This document shows positions 14,027 to 26,542 of a stretch of DNA of 64,000 nucleotides, piece after piece (the first letter of the stretch is position 1; each line of letters begins with the position of its first letter). The stretch covers positions 15,438,001 to 15,502,000 of the forward strand of contig JBHGNT010000010.1 in assembly GCA_043228905.1 (NCBI GenBank). Direction: 5' to 3'. The position numbers were made by a program, and so were the translations under genes. The stretch comes from Azolla caroliniana. Lineage: Eukaryota; Plantae; Polypodiophyta. The notes under the pieces are model-generated. The model was not told the DNA's origin. It made no database searches and was given only the letters and a program-made list of their open reading frames with translations.

Positions 14027-17000
14027 TCACCATTTCTGCCAAAAGCGCAACCGGGTAGTGGCCACGTCATTGGAGTGGTTGCAAACCTCATCTAATTGCC
14101 CTCGTAGGCAGCTGATAAGCGCGAACCAGATATCCATGATCACTTCCTTTGGGGGTTGTACCCGATCTTGGAAAACCTTTAAGCATCGCGCTTTCCAGAC
14201 ATACCATAAGGTGAAGGCCGCGATCAACCTCCAAATTTCCAAGAACCTAGGGGATGCGGACAACAAGTCTCTCTTGAAGCGGATCTTGTGGATCTTTCCG
14301 ATTTGGCCTCCCATGCATACATAGCACCAAGTATCCTCATTAAAGGCGTCCGTCCACCTATCAGTCGAGAGGTCAATCCATGCCGCAACACTCCACGAGG
14401 CTGTTCCAACCACTTCACATGCCGCTAGGAGGCGAGTGACTTTGTCCCATACCTTTTGAGCTTGAGGGCAATCCCAAAGACAGTGTCTCAGAGACTCAAT
14501 GGGTGAAGAGCAAAGTGGGCATCCTATCGGGCCGCCCCTTTTACCAAGCCATTCCCCAACAGGAATCACATTGTGACCAATCTGCCACCAAAAGAGCTTG
14601 ATTTTTTCAGGCATGTGGAGACGCCAAAGACCCTTCCAAAAGGTAATGAGCACCTCGTCAGGGATGCCCAATGTTCGCCATCCATTATGAATGGGACCAG
14701 CGAGCTGCAATTGTAAAGTCCGCCCCAATTTAGTGCTATATTCAAAGAAGTGGTAGAGTTTGTCACCATGTTTCCACCTGAAATCCCCTGGGTCCCATTC
14801 TAGTTCAACGAGGGGACGAGAACCATATACCCATAACTTCCAATGGGGTTCCACCTTAGTAACATCTGGGTCTGTCTTCCAAATGTTATCAACCTCCGCC
14901 ACCATTCGAACCGGAAGCCAAGTGCCCCTACTTTGCCTCTCCCCAAAAAATGTATCTCTTCCCAATCGACTCACACCCTTCACCAACTTAACCATTCCAG
15001 CCTCATCAAAGAGACCGAACCATGCATCTTCTCGCATAGTCCCCAACAGAACCCTATCAACTGCCTCAGCTATAGAGTGAAGCCCTGTCTGCGCCAACTT
15101 TCCCCATGCCAGGCCCTTAAGCTGCCCTAACATCATGTCATCGCTTGTTCGCACCTGAGGATTCCAAAATAAGGGTTGTCTAGCCCATTCGATGAGTGTC
15201 TCTGGGGTGTGCTTGACCAAATGTTGTCGCACATGACACCACGCCCGCAAGATGGAGTTTGTTACCCTGTCCTCCTGTTGACAAGCCATCTTGGGTGGGA
15301 CTCCACTCGTGCAACACCAGTTCAAGGAGATAGGCCAAGGCCTACCATACTTGGGAGTCCCTACTTGCAACCTATTGCGAAGTAGTACCTTCCAACACCC
15401 CTTACTTGGGAGAAGGCAACGAACCACTAATTTGGCCAGCAATGCACGGCTCTGTGTTAAGGGGTCAATGAGGCCAAGCCCCCCTTTGGCTCGCGATTGC
15501 GTTAACCAATGCCATGACACTCTGGCAGCAGCCATTGGGTTGTCCTTACCGGACCATATAAATCCCCTGATGGCAACCTTAATCGCATGCAAACCTGTCG
15601 GGTCCATAATCCAACATGAGACCGAGTGCCACATGGTGGCGAGCATCACTTGGTTCGCAATAAGGACCCTCCTAGTGAAGGATAATTTAGATCTACTCCA
15701 TTGGTTCAGCTTCTTGCTTATTTTGGCTTGCACATGGGACAGTTGCGCTCCCTTGGGAATTGCCCTCCCCATAGTAAATCCTAGATACTTGAACGTCGTC
15801 CCATTAGGGACCCATGTAAAATCGGCATGGGGATGCCACCTTGGTTTCTCTTGTTCGCTGAACCAAAGGCCTTGGGTTTTATCCCAATTGACCTTGGCAC
15901 CAGCAGCCTGACAAAAGTCCTCGACTAGATGTTCAGCCTGCTGCAAATTCTCCTCATCACCTTGCAGGAAGAGGACCGTATCATCAGCATATTCGGATAG
16001 AAGAAGATCTTCACTCGCATTAGGGATGGGCAATCCCCTCAATCCGTTGCATGGGGCTTGTAAGTAGGCAGAGAATGCCTCGGTTACGAATAGATAAAGA
16101 TATGGGGCTAGGGTGCCTTGCCTCACTGAGCGTTGTAGTTTGAAGGAAGGGCCCCTAGCACCCGCGATTAGCACACTGTTGGTAGCAGTCCGGTAGAGGG
16201 CAGAAGTGCATTTCCTCCAATTTTGGGGTAAGCCCATAGCTCTCATCACGTTTTCCAAGAAGGGCCAAAGGACCCTATCGTATGCCTTCTCGAAGTCAAG
16301 CATCAGAATAGCTGAGCTCGAGATGGACTGATCAGCCAATGCCATGGCTTCCCAGAGAAGCAACACATTATCAAAGATACACCTGCTCCTAATAAAACCT
16401 GTTTGATTCTCATGTATAATGTCCGGTAAGAAGCTTGCTAACCGTCGCGCGGGGACTTTTGCCAAAATCTTGTAAATCGTGTTAAGGATCGTTATAGGAC
16501 GCCATTGGCGCAACTCCAGGCTTCGCTCTACCGCTTTGGGAATGAGATAAATCATCCCCTCAGCCAGCCCGGTCGACATCGTTCCTGAGGACCAAATCTC
16601 TTGAACCCCGGCTTCCAAGGACGGGATAACAATGTCCCAATGGATCTCGAAAAAATCTCGTGAGAGACCATCGGGGCCGGGGCATGCTCCTCTCCTCAAA
16701 TCCCTGAGTGCCTCCGAGAGTTCTATACGAGAAATGGGTCTATCGAGCACCATTTCCATCTCTCAGGATACCTTGGGGTGAATGCAAGTCATCACCCTAT
16801 CAGCCAGCTCTACGTTTTGCCTCATATGCACAGGTGCAAGTAGGTCTTGATAGTATTGTGTTGCCAAATGCAAAATCTCTTCCTTGTCCTCCGTAATTGA
16901 GCCGTCTGGTTTGCGCAACTGTTGTATACATCCACCACCACCCTTGGGAGCCTTGCAATGAAAGAAATGTTGGTTGACCCTATCGTCTATTCTAGCTCAC

Positions 17001-18121
17001 CATGCCGCAGTCCTTCGAAATAACATTCGGTTCCTCTCCTCCGTCCTTTCCCGAACCTTCATCTTGGCTTCCTCTAGCTTAGATCTAGACCAAATGCAGC
17101 CAGGGTCCGCCTGTAGCAAGCGTTGCGCTGCCGCAACGGACTTCCTTAATTTTATTTCAATGGCTCTGACCTGTTGGAGGGCCCGCTTGGTCTCTTGCTG
17201 TAAAAAGGAGGGGGAGAGGGCCAGTTTTTTTTGCAAATCCTCACTAGCCGATTCTCATACAATGGTCTCCTGCCATATACTCTGTAGACCCGCCTTCACC
17301 TCTTCACTCTTCATGATCTTTATGGGGATTTTCATGTTGAGACTCCCGTGGGTGCCGTTGGGTGGGTTAAGGTCTAGTCTCATCGGTTGGTGATCAGAGA
17401 AGGTAAGGCCTGCCAAGATAGCGAAGGATCCCCCCAACTCCTCAAGGGATGAGCTGATGTATATGCGGTCTAACCGCGCAAGGCTACCACCCCTAACATT
17501 CACGGCGGCTCTCGAGAAGTGTAGCGAATGTGAACATCTCCTAAGGGAAGAGCCCCATGTATCTTTCACCCCAATTTTGCCAATTAAGAGAGCCCATGAG
17601 TCCAGCTCCGCACCATGAATTGGTCTTTGGGTCCCCCCTTTCCTGTCACCCAGATGTTCAGTCATGTTGAAATCACCAGCCATTATCCATGCCTCTGCAT
17701 CAGGTAATGTGGTCGCTAACATCCTCCAGAAGATTGCTCTCTCGAGGGATGAGTTAGGGGCATAAATGTTTAGCACCCCAATCTGTAGGTGATTCCATTT
17801 CAGAAGCACATATAAAGCCCTACCCGCAACCAACGTGCCATGTGATGTTACTTCATATCGGGCCTTATCACCGATCGAGATGCAAACCCCTCCCCTTCTT
17901 TGAAGGTCACCCTGTGTCGCCGACCACCACGTGGTCCACCCACCCGACAAGGGGTTTACTAGGCTCTGAATTCTCTCTTCAGAGAGATGGTGTTCCTGCA
18001 ACAGCAGTATGTCGAGCTTGCCCCCAATATTAGAGGGATTCAACTCCTCCCGAAGTCTTTTGCACTCTTGGTGCTGCCGACCTCCACCAAGGCCCTGTAC
18101 ATTCCACGTTAAGATCCCCAT
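14027..18121 (-). pseudogene. L1 ORF2 (APE endonuclease, reverse transcriptase, zf-RVT), split by stops near 17255 and 16997 and further lesions
   Basis: ILTWNVQGL, LQEHH, IYAPN, GDFN, RLDRIY, SDH; PGPDG, WRPITILN, LDFEKAYDRV, SVRQG, YADD; CPLC..ESLRHCLWDC. Confidence 0.93.
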
Positions 18122-18309
18122 CCGAAAACGGTGAGGTTGACGCCCATGTCCCGGCTGACCCCCATGTCATGGGGCAAACTAACGCCTATTTCTGGGGCTA
18201 TGGGCTCTTGCGAAGGCTGAAGAGCCCCTAAGGGGTTCTCGGCTTGTTGATCCCAACCCGCTTCAAATAGTTCTCGCGATACGTTTTGGCTCTTGAGTGG
18301 TTGTCCAAC

Positions 18310-19615
18310 CTACATCCCTTTATCCCAAATAGTCCTCACCAAACTAGGTGATGGTTTGCATGTACTTCCCTTCTCTTTGCCCTTGATCTTGCCCGTCCTT
18401 ATCCATGATTTCAATAATCTGAGGTCACCGCCACATTCACGTTCCATCATGGGGGAGGCCTTAGCCAACATCTCCTTTGGGGTGGAAAGTACACGATATG
18501 GTTGCAACTCCATCGGGGAGGGGAACAGGAGATGAGGATCGTGTGGGGGAAGGGACCAAGAGTCACAAGGGGACAATGTTGCTGCCAACGCTTCTGGGTT
18601 GTCCTCTCCTAGCCCTTGGAGCAATGTAAATATGTTGGTAACCCTCCCCTTTAGGTCGTGTGCTTCTGCACTCCTTGAGAGGATCTTCACCCGTTTCGAG
18701 GGTTGCTCGTTCGCACTTGCTGGTGACACTGTAGTGGGACTGTGGTCAAAGGGAAGGCCTTGAGAGGGGGCGGAGGCCGCACCTAGGCTTCCAGGTTTCC
18801 CCTTCTTCTTCACGGGTTGCCAAGGAGCCTTGTCACCCTTGGTTGACGTAGTCTTACTAGAGTCTTGAGGTTCTGAGCTTCCCTTTCCAGTCTTACGAGG
18901 ACAATTCTTAGCTAGGTGTCCTTTCTGTTTGCAAATAAAACACTGTCCAGGGAGTCCCTCGTAAACCACTTTCACCACTGTGAGACCTAGCTCTTTAGAG
19001 TAGAGCCTAATTCTTGTTGGCAATCCATGGAGGGAAGACACTAAGATACGCACCTTAGGCACCTCCGCGATTGTGTCTGCCATAGACATTTTTTGAGGGA
19101 AAATCGTCCCTATCTGTTCACCAAAAAAAGGAAGCAAATGGCACAAATGGGGAGGGAGGCCAGGAAATGTTGCGGTGATCACCCTGGGGTTGTTTAGTTT
19201 TTGTAACTCTTCACTTGGATCGAACCCTGGTGACCATGGCTGGAGCAATACCTTGCCGTACTTCAATTCAAGTACCTTGAGCTCTACCAAGGGTTGCGCC
19301 AACGAATCATCACCCAATTCAATATGGAAGAAATTTTTCCCTAAACCCCTGACACTCTTGATCGATGGCATGTTCTCCATTACAACCTTCTTGAGGCATG
19401 TCACGAACCATGCCACGATTTGGTCTACCTGCGAGAAACCTACATACAAAGGACGTACGTCGTAGGCGTTCGATTTCCTCCCCTAAGAGTCGGTTGGCCT
19501 CCGGGGACAAGGTGATGTCTAAAGCTATACTTCCTTCTCCTTGTAGCGAACTAGGGTTTGTTGGGAGTTCGGAGCATCCCCCCACATTAATTGGAAGTTC
19601 GGATCCTCCCACCAT
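18310..19615 (-). pseudogene. L1 ORF1 (DUF4283-like region plus zinc knuckle), frameshifted near 19400-19440
   Basis: CRFLAGRPNRG, GKNFFHIEL, LQPWSPGFDP, VVYEGLPGQCFICKQKGHLAKNC. Confidence 0.8.
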
Positions 19616-21146
19616 GTCAAGCTATAGGTTCTGATTTTTTAGTTCTCTGTCTTCCTCTTCCCCCCCCCCCCCCCCCCCCCCCCACCCCTCTTTTCTATCT
19701 TTTTTGTTTTTTAAAATTTTTTCAGTATTATTTGGGGGGAGGTATTGCGGTGGGTACCTGACGGCAAGTGTGCTGAAGCGGTGGCCGCAGAACAATCACT
19801 AGCCGCTGATGAGCGGCCGAAACTCCCTCTTGCGCTAGCTACTGTTCCTCACTCGCTTTTGTGGGGCTGCTCCTCAGTTCCTTCTCACGACATGCCGCAT
19901 GGTCCGCTCCTGCCTGCAAGTCTGCTGAAGCGACGACCGTAGAACAACCACCAGCCGTTGAAGAGTGGACCAACCTCCCTCCTGCGCTCTTACTTTGTGG
20001 GGCAGCTCACTCACGCCCTGTTCTGCTCCCGCCTCTGCCTCTGCGCCATCGCTCCCTGTTTACTTTTTCCAATGATCTTTGCATTGTATCTATATGACCA
20101 TGCAATGCCCTTTAACCAAATGTGAGAATTTCTTCAAGCAAGCCTAGCATTCCATGACCATTCCGTTCGCCTTTACATGCATTGTTGATCGATCATGATT
20201 TTGTTAATATGATGCTATATTGGTTGTTATTGATTATAAGATGACAAGATAAGTGTAAGTTTAACCATTAATGTTCTTTTCAAACTTTAAATGACATCGC
20301 CAATATTATTAAATGACATCTACTTTTTATATATTTGAAATTCACCCTTTCTTCCATGAAATCCACTATTTAACATCAATAATGAGCATTGTCACACCCG
20401 TTTAGGAGTATGGTTTGTTTTCCCCTAATGTGCTTGTAAGTTGTGTATTGGACATCCATACATTAAGTGTTAATTTCTCTCAATCTCTCCTTTGTATGAC
20501 TTGCAAAGTCTCTTGGTCCTAGTATGCAAAGTGTTTGTCCTACTTCCTCTTGTTAGTGTGATGAAACTTTGAGTCGGGTATCACTTTGTGAGCACTATAA
20601 GACATCTAGATGTACATAGACCCTAATCTCGAACATATGAACCCATCATTTGAGAAGCTCACGAAATGTTATTTGTAGTAGGCCATAATTGCAAGAAGAG
20701 GCTCCATTACTCCTTTGTGTATATATTAGCTATAAATCTTGTCATAATACCATGTTCATATTAACTATCTAACTAGCGTGAAAAGATAAGTTGAAGGCAA
20801 CCAATATTGCAATTTCAATCGAGAATTTTTAGTGATTAAAACATTCACTTAATGACTAGATCGAGTGGGGGAAGTAATCATTTTGTAGCTATAAAAACGG
20901 TACATATGCCATAGTAAGGTATATAACTTTTGATGGAATACAAAGAAATTACTATTTTTTGTTCCTTCTTTATCAATTAGTTGTGTATTGTGTCGTCTTT
21001 ATACATATCTCATTTCCATGTGCAATGGGTGAGGGTGCAAGACTTGATAAGTAGGCATATTAGGTGTGGAGGTTTTGATTAGGAATTCCGCAAGGAAAGG
21101 AAGACCATGTCTACACTCTAACAATGGGAAATAATATCATGTTTTT

Positions 21147-21402
21147 TTTCCTTCTTTCACGCCTCCCTCCCTTCGATGTAGGCCCTGAGAGTTGGCTCAT
21201 TCTGGCCGACACTAAAGGCCACTGCTTTTAGGTATAGGTATCTACTTACTTTAGGTAGTCGGTTTGAAAAACTATGTAAGTAGTCTCATTTTCTTGATCT
21301 TGATCTGAGGGAGATTCCCCGTTTTGTGTATAAGCTTCCTTGTATAGTCTCCTTGTAATAATCCTTCCTAACTAATGGGAAAGTAGCTTTATTTTGGAAA
21401 AA
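21147..21402 (+). mobile_element. 5'-truncated L1 insertion of about 250 bp, nearly identical to the 3' end of the L1 at 13710-13960
   Basis: Reverse-complement match with about 4 substitutions, ending ttttggaaaaaaaa. Flanked by TSD aaata(a)(t/a)atcatgttttttt at about 21129-21148 and 21403-21422. Confidence 0.9.
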
Positions 21403-22189
21403 AAATAAAATCATGTTTTTTTTTTCATGAAAAAAATCCTCCATTGGTATTAAAATTAAAGTGGCCAGAGGCAATATACCAAAACAAAATAATATCATGT
21501 TTTGTTAAATTTCATTCAAAATCCTCTGAACTTTATCACCAAGTAGCTAACCTTTGGGCAAAGAAACCCACATATTGTTAAGTTTGTTGCTCAAGTGTTA
21601 GGAAGCAAGGATAAACATTCAACTATCACCCACAACATATATGACCAGAACTCATGATGATAGTGCCTAACTATAGACGCTCAATACTTGGAAACCATGT
21701 TGGAAATCATCAACAAGGACTCTAGCTGATGATCTTTGAGTTGTCTATCTTCTTTCAAGTCGGGATGCATGTTGAAGGCCTCAAGAAAAAGGAGTGCAAA
21801 TGTTTGTCTATATAGAGGCATGCATTTAGTATCGTGGATAGTATCTTCTACCATAATTATGGAATCCAATGAGGGGAGTTGTCCACCATGAGAAGATTCA
21901 AGCTCGAGGAGGCTCATTGGGGAATTCCATGTGCCCATTGTGTTAGGAAAGGCATTGGTCACAAGGTAGAGTAGAGAGGCCTATGATGTCTTGCTATGCA
22001 AAAAGACACATGTCTTTAATAGTTGATGACAAGTGTCAACACCTAAAACAATAGACAACAAGAGCACACTTGCCCCATTATAAGTTCTTTTACCCTTAGG
22101 CCCATTCCAAAAATGGAGCCTTGACTTCATTGCATCTTTTAAACAAAGGGGAAATATGTACATCATTCTAGCCATGGACTACCACACCA

Positions 22190-22600
22190 AGTGAATAGAA
22201 GCAAGAGTTCTATGGAACAACAAAATAGTGCCCATGGCTCATATTCTTTATGAAAATATCTATTATCGATTTCACATCAATATCTCGACCAAGGTGGACA
22301 CCTCATTGACCATGTCATTGAGGCATTGATTGGCATGTCTTTGGGGGTAACGAAAAAGTACAATCTATTACCTCCAAGCCAAAAATTTGTTGGCGTCAAT
22401 TAACAAGGCTTGTCAAACTATAATGGACAAAGATAAAAAAACCTTTGATTGCCAAGAGAACTTACTATGATCCTAGGGCGTTTTAGGGTTATTATACTAA
22501 CTACAAGACAAAGTTTCAAACCACCCTGTTTCACCTCACCTTTGGGTTTAAGGTCAAATCCCTCTAGGAAATGAAAGTACGTAGCCTTATTGTGACTTAG
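22190..22600 (+). pseudogene. Highly decayed Gypsy integrase relic
   Basis: Fragments such as EAR.L.NN, LYENIYYRF and KST.YY.QA resemble the integrase at 51376-52434. Many lesions. Confidence 0.45.
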
Positions 22601-23680
22601 TGCGGATCAACTAACATTGGAATGCCATCAATGCTAGAAGGACTTTGTTGACCACCTTCAATATCATTGTGAGGATAAGTTTTGCAAGTGATCCCTTGTA
22701 TCCTGGTTAGGATTTGTCCAAATAAGTTACACTTGAGTAGGCCCTTACGAGATTACCCATTGACTATGTAGAAGATGTCACTTTCCAAATAGGCATGTTG
22801 GATGGATGATGGAGCCCCAGCTAAGTGATAACTTCAGTTGAATCCATACCACAATCCCACTCATTACCACAATCAACCACGAATGCTTAAGATGGTGTAA
22901 GATGAGTATAATTATGTTGCAATAGGACTAGTTAGAGCACTGTTAGAAAATAGGATAGAAATTGGCTATAAACCCTAGGACATACACATAGAAGTTTCAA
23001 TGATGTGCATAACAACTAACATGACACCATTAACATGTCCAAATTTATGATTCCTTATGGTTAACTCATCAGGAACCCACAATGTATTTTGTAGCCAGTA
23101 TGTGGCAACCACAACTCATATTAAGTCATGCATAGAGGAGATGTAAGTTTCTAAAATTTGAAAGGTGGGCCAATGCCTATGTAAAAGCCTCCCCACAACT
23201 TTCAATAGTTTGGTTTTGCATATCTCCCCCATTTTATTTGTCCTCTTGCTTGCACTTTTCGTCCTCTTTCTTTGGGTTTGCCCATTGTTGTTGCCTCTTG
23301 TTTGTTTTTGTAATGCCTCTTATTTGTTTCCATGCATGACTTCTCCAAAATGGGATGAAAGGCTAAATTTTCATAGTAAAAGTGCTTTGATACCTCTAAA
23401 TTTCTAGGTTGTGCAATGACGACAAGATTTGCTTCCCCTCGTGGAAAGACATTTAGGAATGACTTCACCTTCCCAATGAAGGTGCCATCAACCACACCAA
23501 CCTTGATATGGAGACTAGCATTTTGGTTCATACTTAGTACCAATGAAAAGTTATGATACACATGATGCATGGTCACATATTAAAAAGGCATCCTAAGTTG
23601 TCATAACTAGGCAAATCATCATCATTAGCATTGCCATGATGTGGCATGTCATGATCATGATTGTATTAATCCCCCTTTAA

Positions 23681-23800
23681 CATTGATCTATGTTGTGATA
23701 TATATTTTTTCCATAAAAATATCCTCCATTGGTATTAAAATTAAAGGATACCAATGGAGGATATTTTTTATGGAAAAAAATATCAAAGCATAGATCAATG
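23681..23800. repeat. Long imperfect hairpin (arms about 55 bp, loop about 11 nt)
   Basis: cattgatctatg..ccataaaaatatcctccattggtat, then loop, then ataccaatggaggatattttttatgg..catagatcaatg. Confidence 0.85.
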
Positions 23801-26542
23801 CTTTGATATTCTCACCCTATGTACAAGAGTTTGCAAAATATGCAATCTGGTTATTTTGTTTCATGTTGTTAGTCCTATTGTAATTCTATGGAATTTAGAA
23901 TATCACAATTCTCCTTCGAACTTATTGGTGATGCTTACCAATAAGACCAAGAGGCACTTAGGCACATTAGGTACCTTGATTTCTACTATAGCTAAATTGC
24001 ATAAGAGGTGATGCATCATAGACGACTCAATAGATAGGGCTGCACTTAAAGATTCAATAATATTACTCCTAAACACCTAGGTTTTCTTGGTGAGGTACTC
24101 TTGCCCCAACACTCTTGTTGTGCCGACCCCCAATGTTATGACAATCATGGCCACCCAAAAATTACAAGTCGCAATGCACAATTGGCAAAAAACTATGATC
24201 ATTGGCAACATTGGAGAGTGAATTTTATTTTATGGGCATCCCTTGGATGTAAATTCAGAATAACCGATCAACACTCTTTAGCAATGGTCATTGTAGAGCT
24301 AGTTTAAGGTTTGATGGAGGAGATTAAGAAACTTTGCCTAGGTCATGCAACAAGGACAAACAATGAAAAGGTATTGGCCCAAACCAACACTAACCAAAAT
24401 AATTGCCATGTTGGGTGTTGAAGCAAAGCTAGAAACATTGCACATATGATTGAAGAACTGAACTTAGAATGAGCGAAAGCAAAGAATGTCATCGAGTGCT
24501 TAACGATCAAGGAAGAGGCACCCCATGCCACTTACAAATAGTGCAAGACAATACAAAAGGTTGATTGTGCACTACAAGCATGAAAGTGACTTATCTAGCT
24601 AGGCCATGACTACATTGGCTTATGAAGTTTAACATCAAAGGGACCATTTATTTCCACCAACAAAAAGACGATTGGAAAAAAAAATCATGTTATTCATGGT
24701 AGAAATACACATTACATTTCTTGTACACGAACTAAGGATGAGAAATGAGGCGTGAGGGGAGGAATGAGAGAAACTAGGGATGTATCAAACACATGTGTCT
24801 ATGGTAAAGAACTAAGTTGGAAGTGGGAAAAAAATACCAATAATGGCCTATCTTGCTATTAGGATAGGGCTCACGCCACCAAAAGGGAGCTGCAAATGGT
24901 GGAGAGGACCCTTGCTAAATTTGAAGCTTGTTATGTAGAGGTGAATCAACAACTCTAAATAGTGAAGGACAAACTCAATATCTCAAAGGAAGAAACTTGA
25001 CAACCAATGGATAAGGCTAGATCATGGTGTCATTCCCTAGACAAACTAACATTAAGGCGACGAAGACCATGCTCATTGGTTGACTACTTTACCAACACTA
25101 GAGGAGAAATAAGAACACATTTGAGTGCAAAAGTTGGCATTGCTAGCATCTTTTGTTGCATCCACTAAATTGATACTCCAATGACTAGACATAGAGGCAT
25201 ACTTCCTTGACTGGATAAACCTTTTATTGAGATGCTAGACTAAATCAAGTGACCTTACCACAAGTTGATCATTGATGTTATCAATGATGTTTAATGACAA
25301 TGACTTTTTGCCAAGTGGTAGTATGATATCGTTGCTTCTATATGTGCTCCATTAAGATATGTCCCTTGATTGAGTTAAGCCAAATTCCTATTGTTAGACA
25401 AGTGCCTTTCACCATGGGGATTGGCGAATCAATGGGCAAGTATGTCACCATCACTAAACATTATGGGTCCCAAAATATGATTGATATAATTTGGACAAGG
25501 TCACCCTTGCCATTATCAAAATCTGAACCTCACACTCTTAGATTGAAAATTTTTCCCCTTCACTTTTCTCTCTTGTGGGTTTGTCCATAGAGCTCTTTTA
25601 TAACATGAATGTGCCATAGTTATTTATTTGGGTGGTTGTGAAATTACTTGACAAAGAATCCCAAGATTGTAACTTCCAGAGATAAATATTAATGATCAAA
25701 ACATTTACGTAGCAAGTAGAATGAGTATGGAAATCAATCATCACACAAAGTTATACAAATGAGACTTGTGTATTTGTTAAGCACGTGTTGTACATAGCAC
25801 TATCAATGAAGACATCGACATTGGGAAGGGAAAAGCACCAAGTTAATAAAAAAGGGGCAAAACAAAAGTGTCTCTGTAACTTTATACCAAATGGTCATTC
25901 TGATGTGAAAGGGGTCAAACCCTATGTAAAAAAGCTATAAAACTCTTTTCTTGTGACTTTTTATCTTCTTCCTCAATCTTGACTATGGTAATAGCCGAGG
26001 ACACGTGTATGTGCAAATGTACATGTACGAGTATGTATGTATGTTTACATAAACGTGTATAAAAGATTTAAGAGTATGTATGAACATACCTACCTACCTA
26101 CATACATTATATATATGATTATCTTAATGGTTATGTATATATATGTGTTGAATATGTATGTGCATTCATATAAATGTGTTAAGATGTGTTTGATTGTGAG
26201 TGTGAATTTATGTGCATATGTATGTAGGAACTTGGAAGGGGTATGTGAATGTGAATGTGCATGCATGTGTAGTTATATAAATGGGCATATATGTGTATAG
26301 GTGTGTCAATTTTCATATTTTCCAAAACAAATGAGTGGTTGAAACTAGGATTTTATACACCTCTGGGCCCTAATTACATCCGCAAAAGTTTTTAGTGATT
26401 GCTTCGTTTTAGTTCATTTTTAACCGTTTTTCCTAATCATATGATTTGTCATTTTCAACCATTTGTCTTTGTTGTAAATGCCTTTTTTCCTAATAATATA
26501 ATTTGATATTTTTGCAGATTTCTAATACCCATGAAGTATGAC

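Larger units (their letters stand above)
13698..20060 (-). mobile_element. Near full-length L1-clade LINE, inactivated by stops and frameshifts
   Basis: Poly(A) tail (T run 13699-13709). ORF1 has a CCHC knuckle, and ORF2 has APE endonuclease, RT and zf-RVT. The 5' end is approximate and no TSD was found. Confidence 0.93.

Noticed and set aside
19622-19757. Possible intron in the L1 5' region containing a poly(G) run
   Set aside because: GT and AG sites exist, but the upstream in-frame exon hits a TAG within about 28 codons, so there is no support.
26005-26305. 87-aa ORF
   Set aside because: Degenerate (AT/GT) low-complexity sequence.
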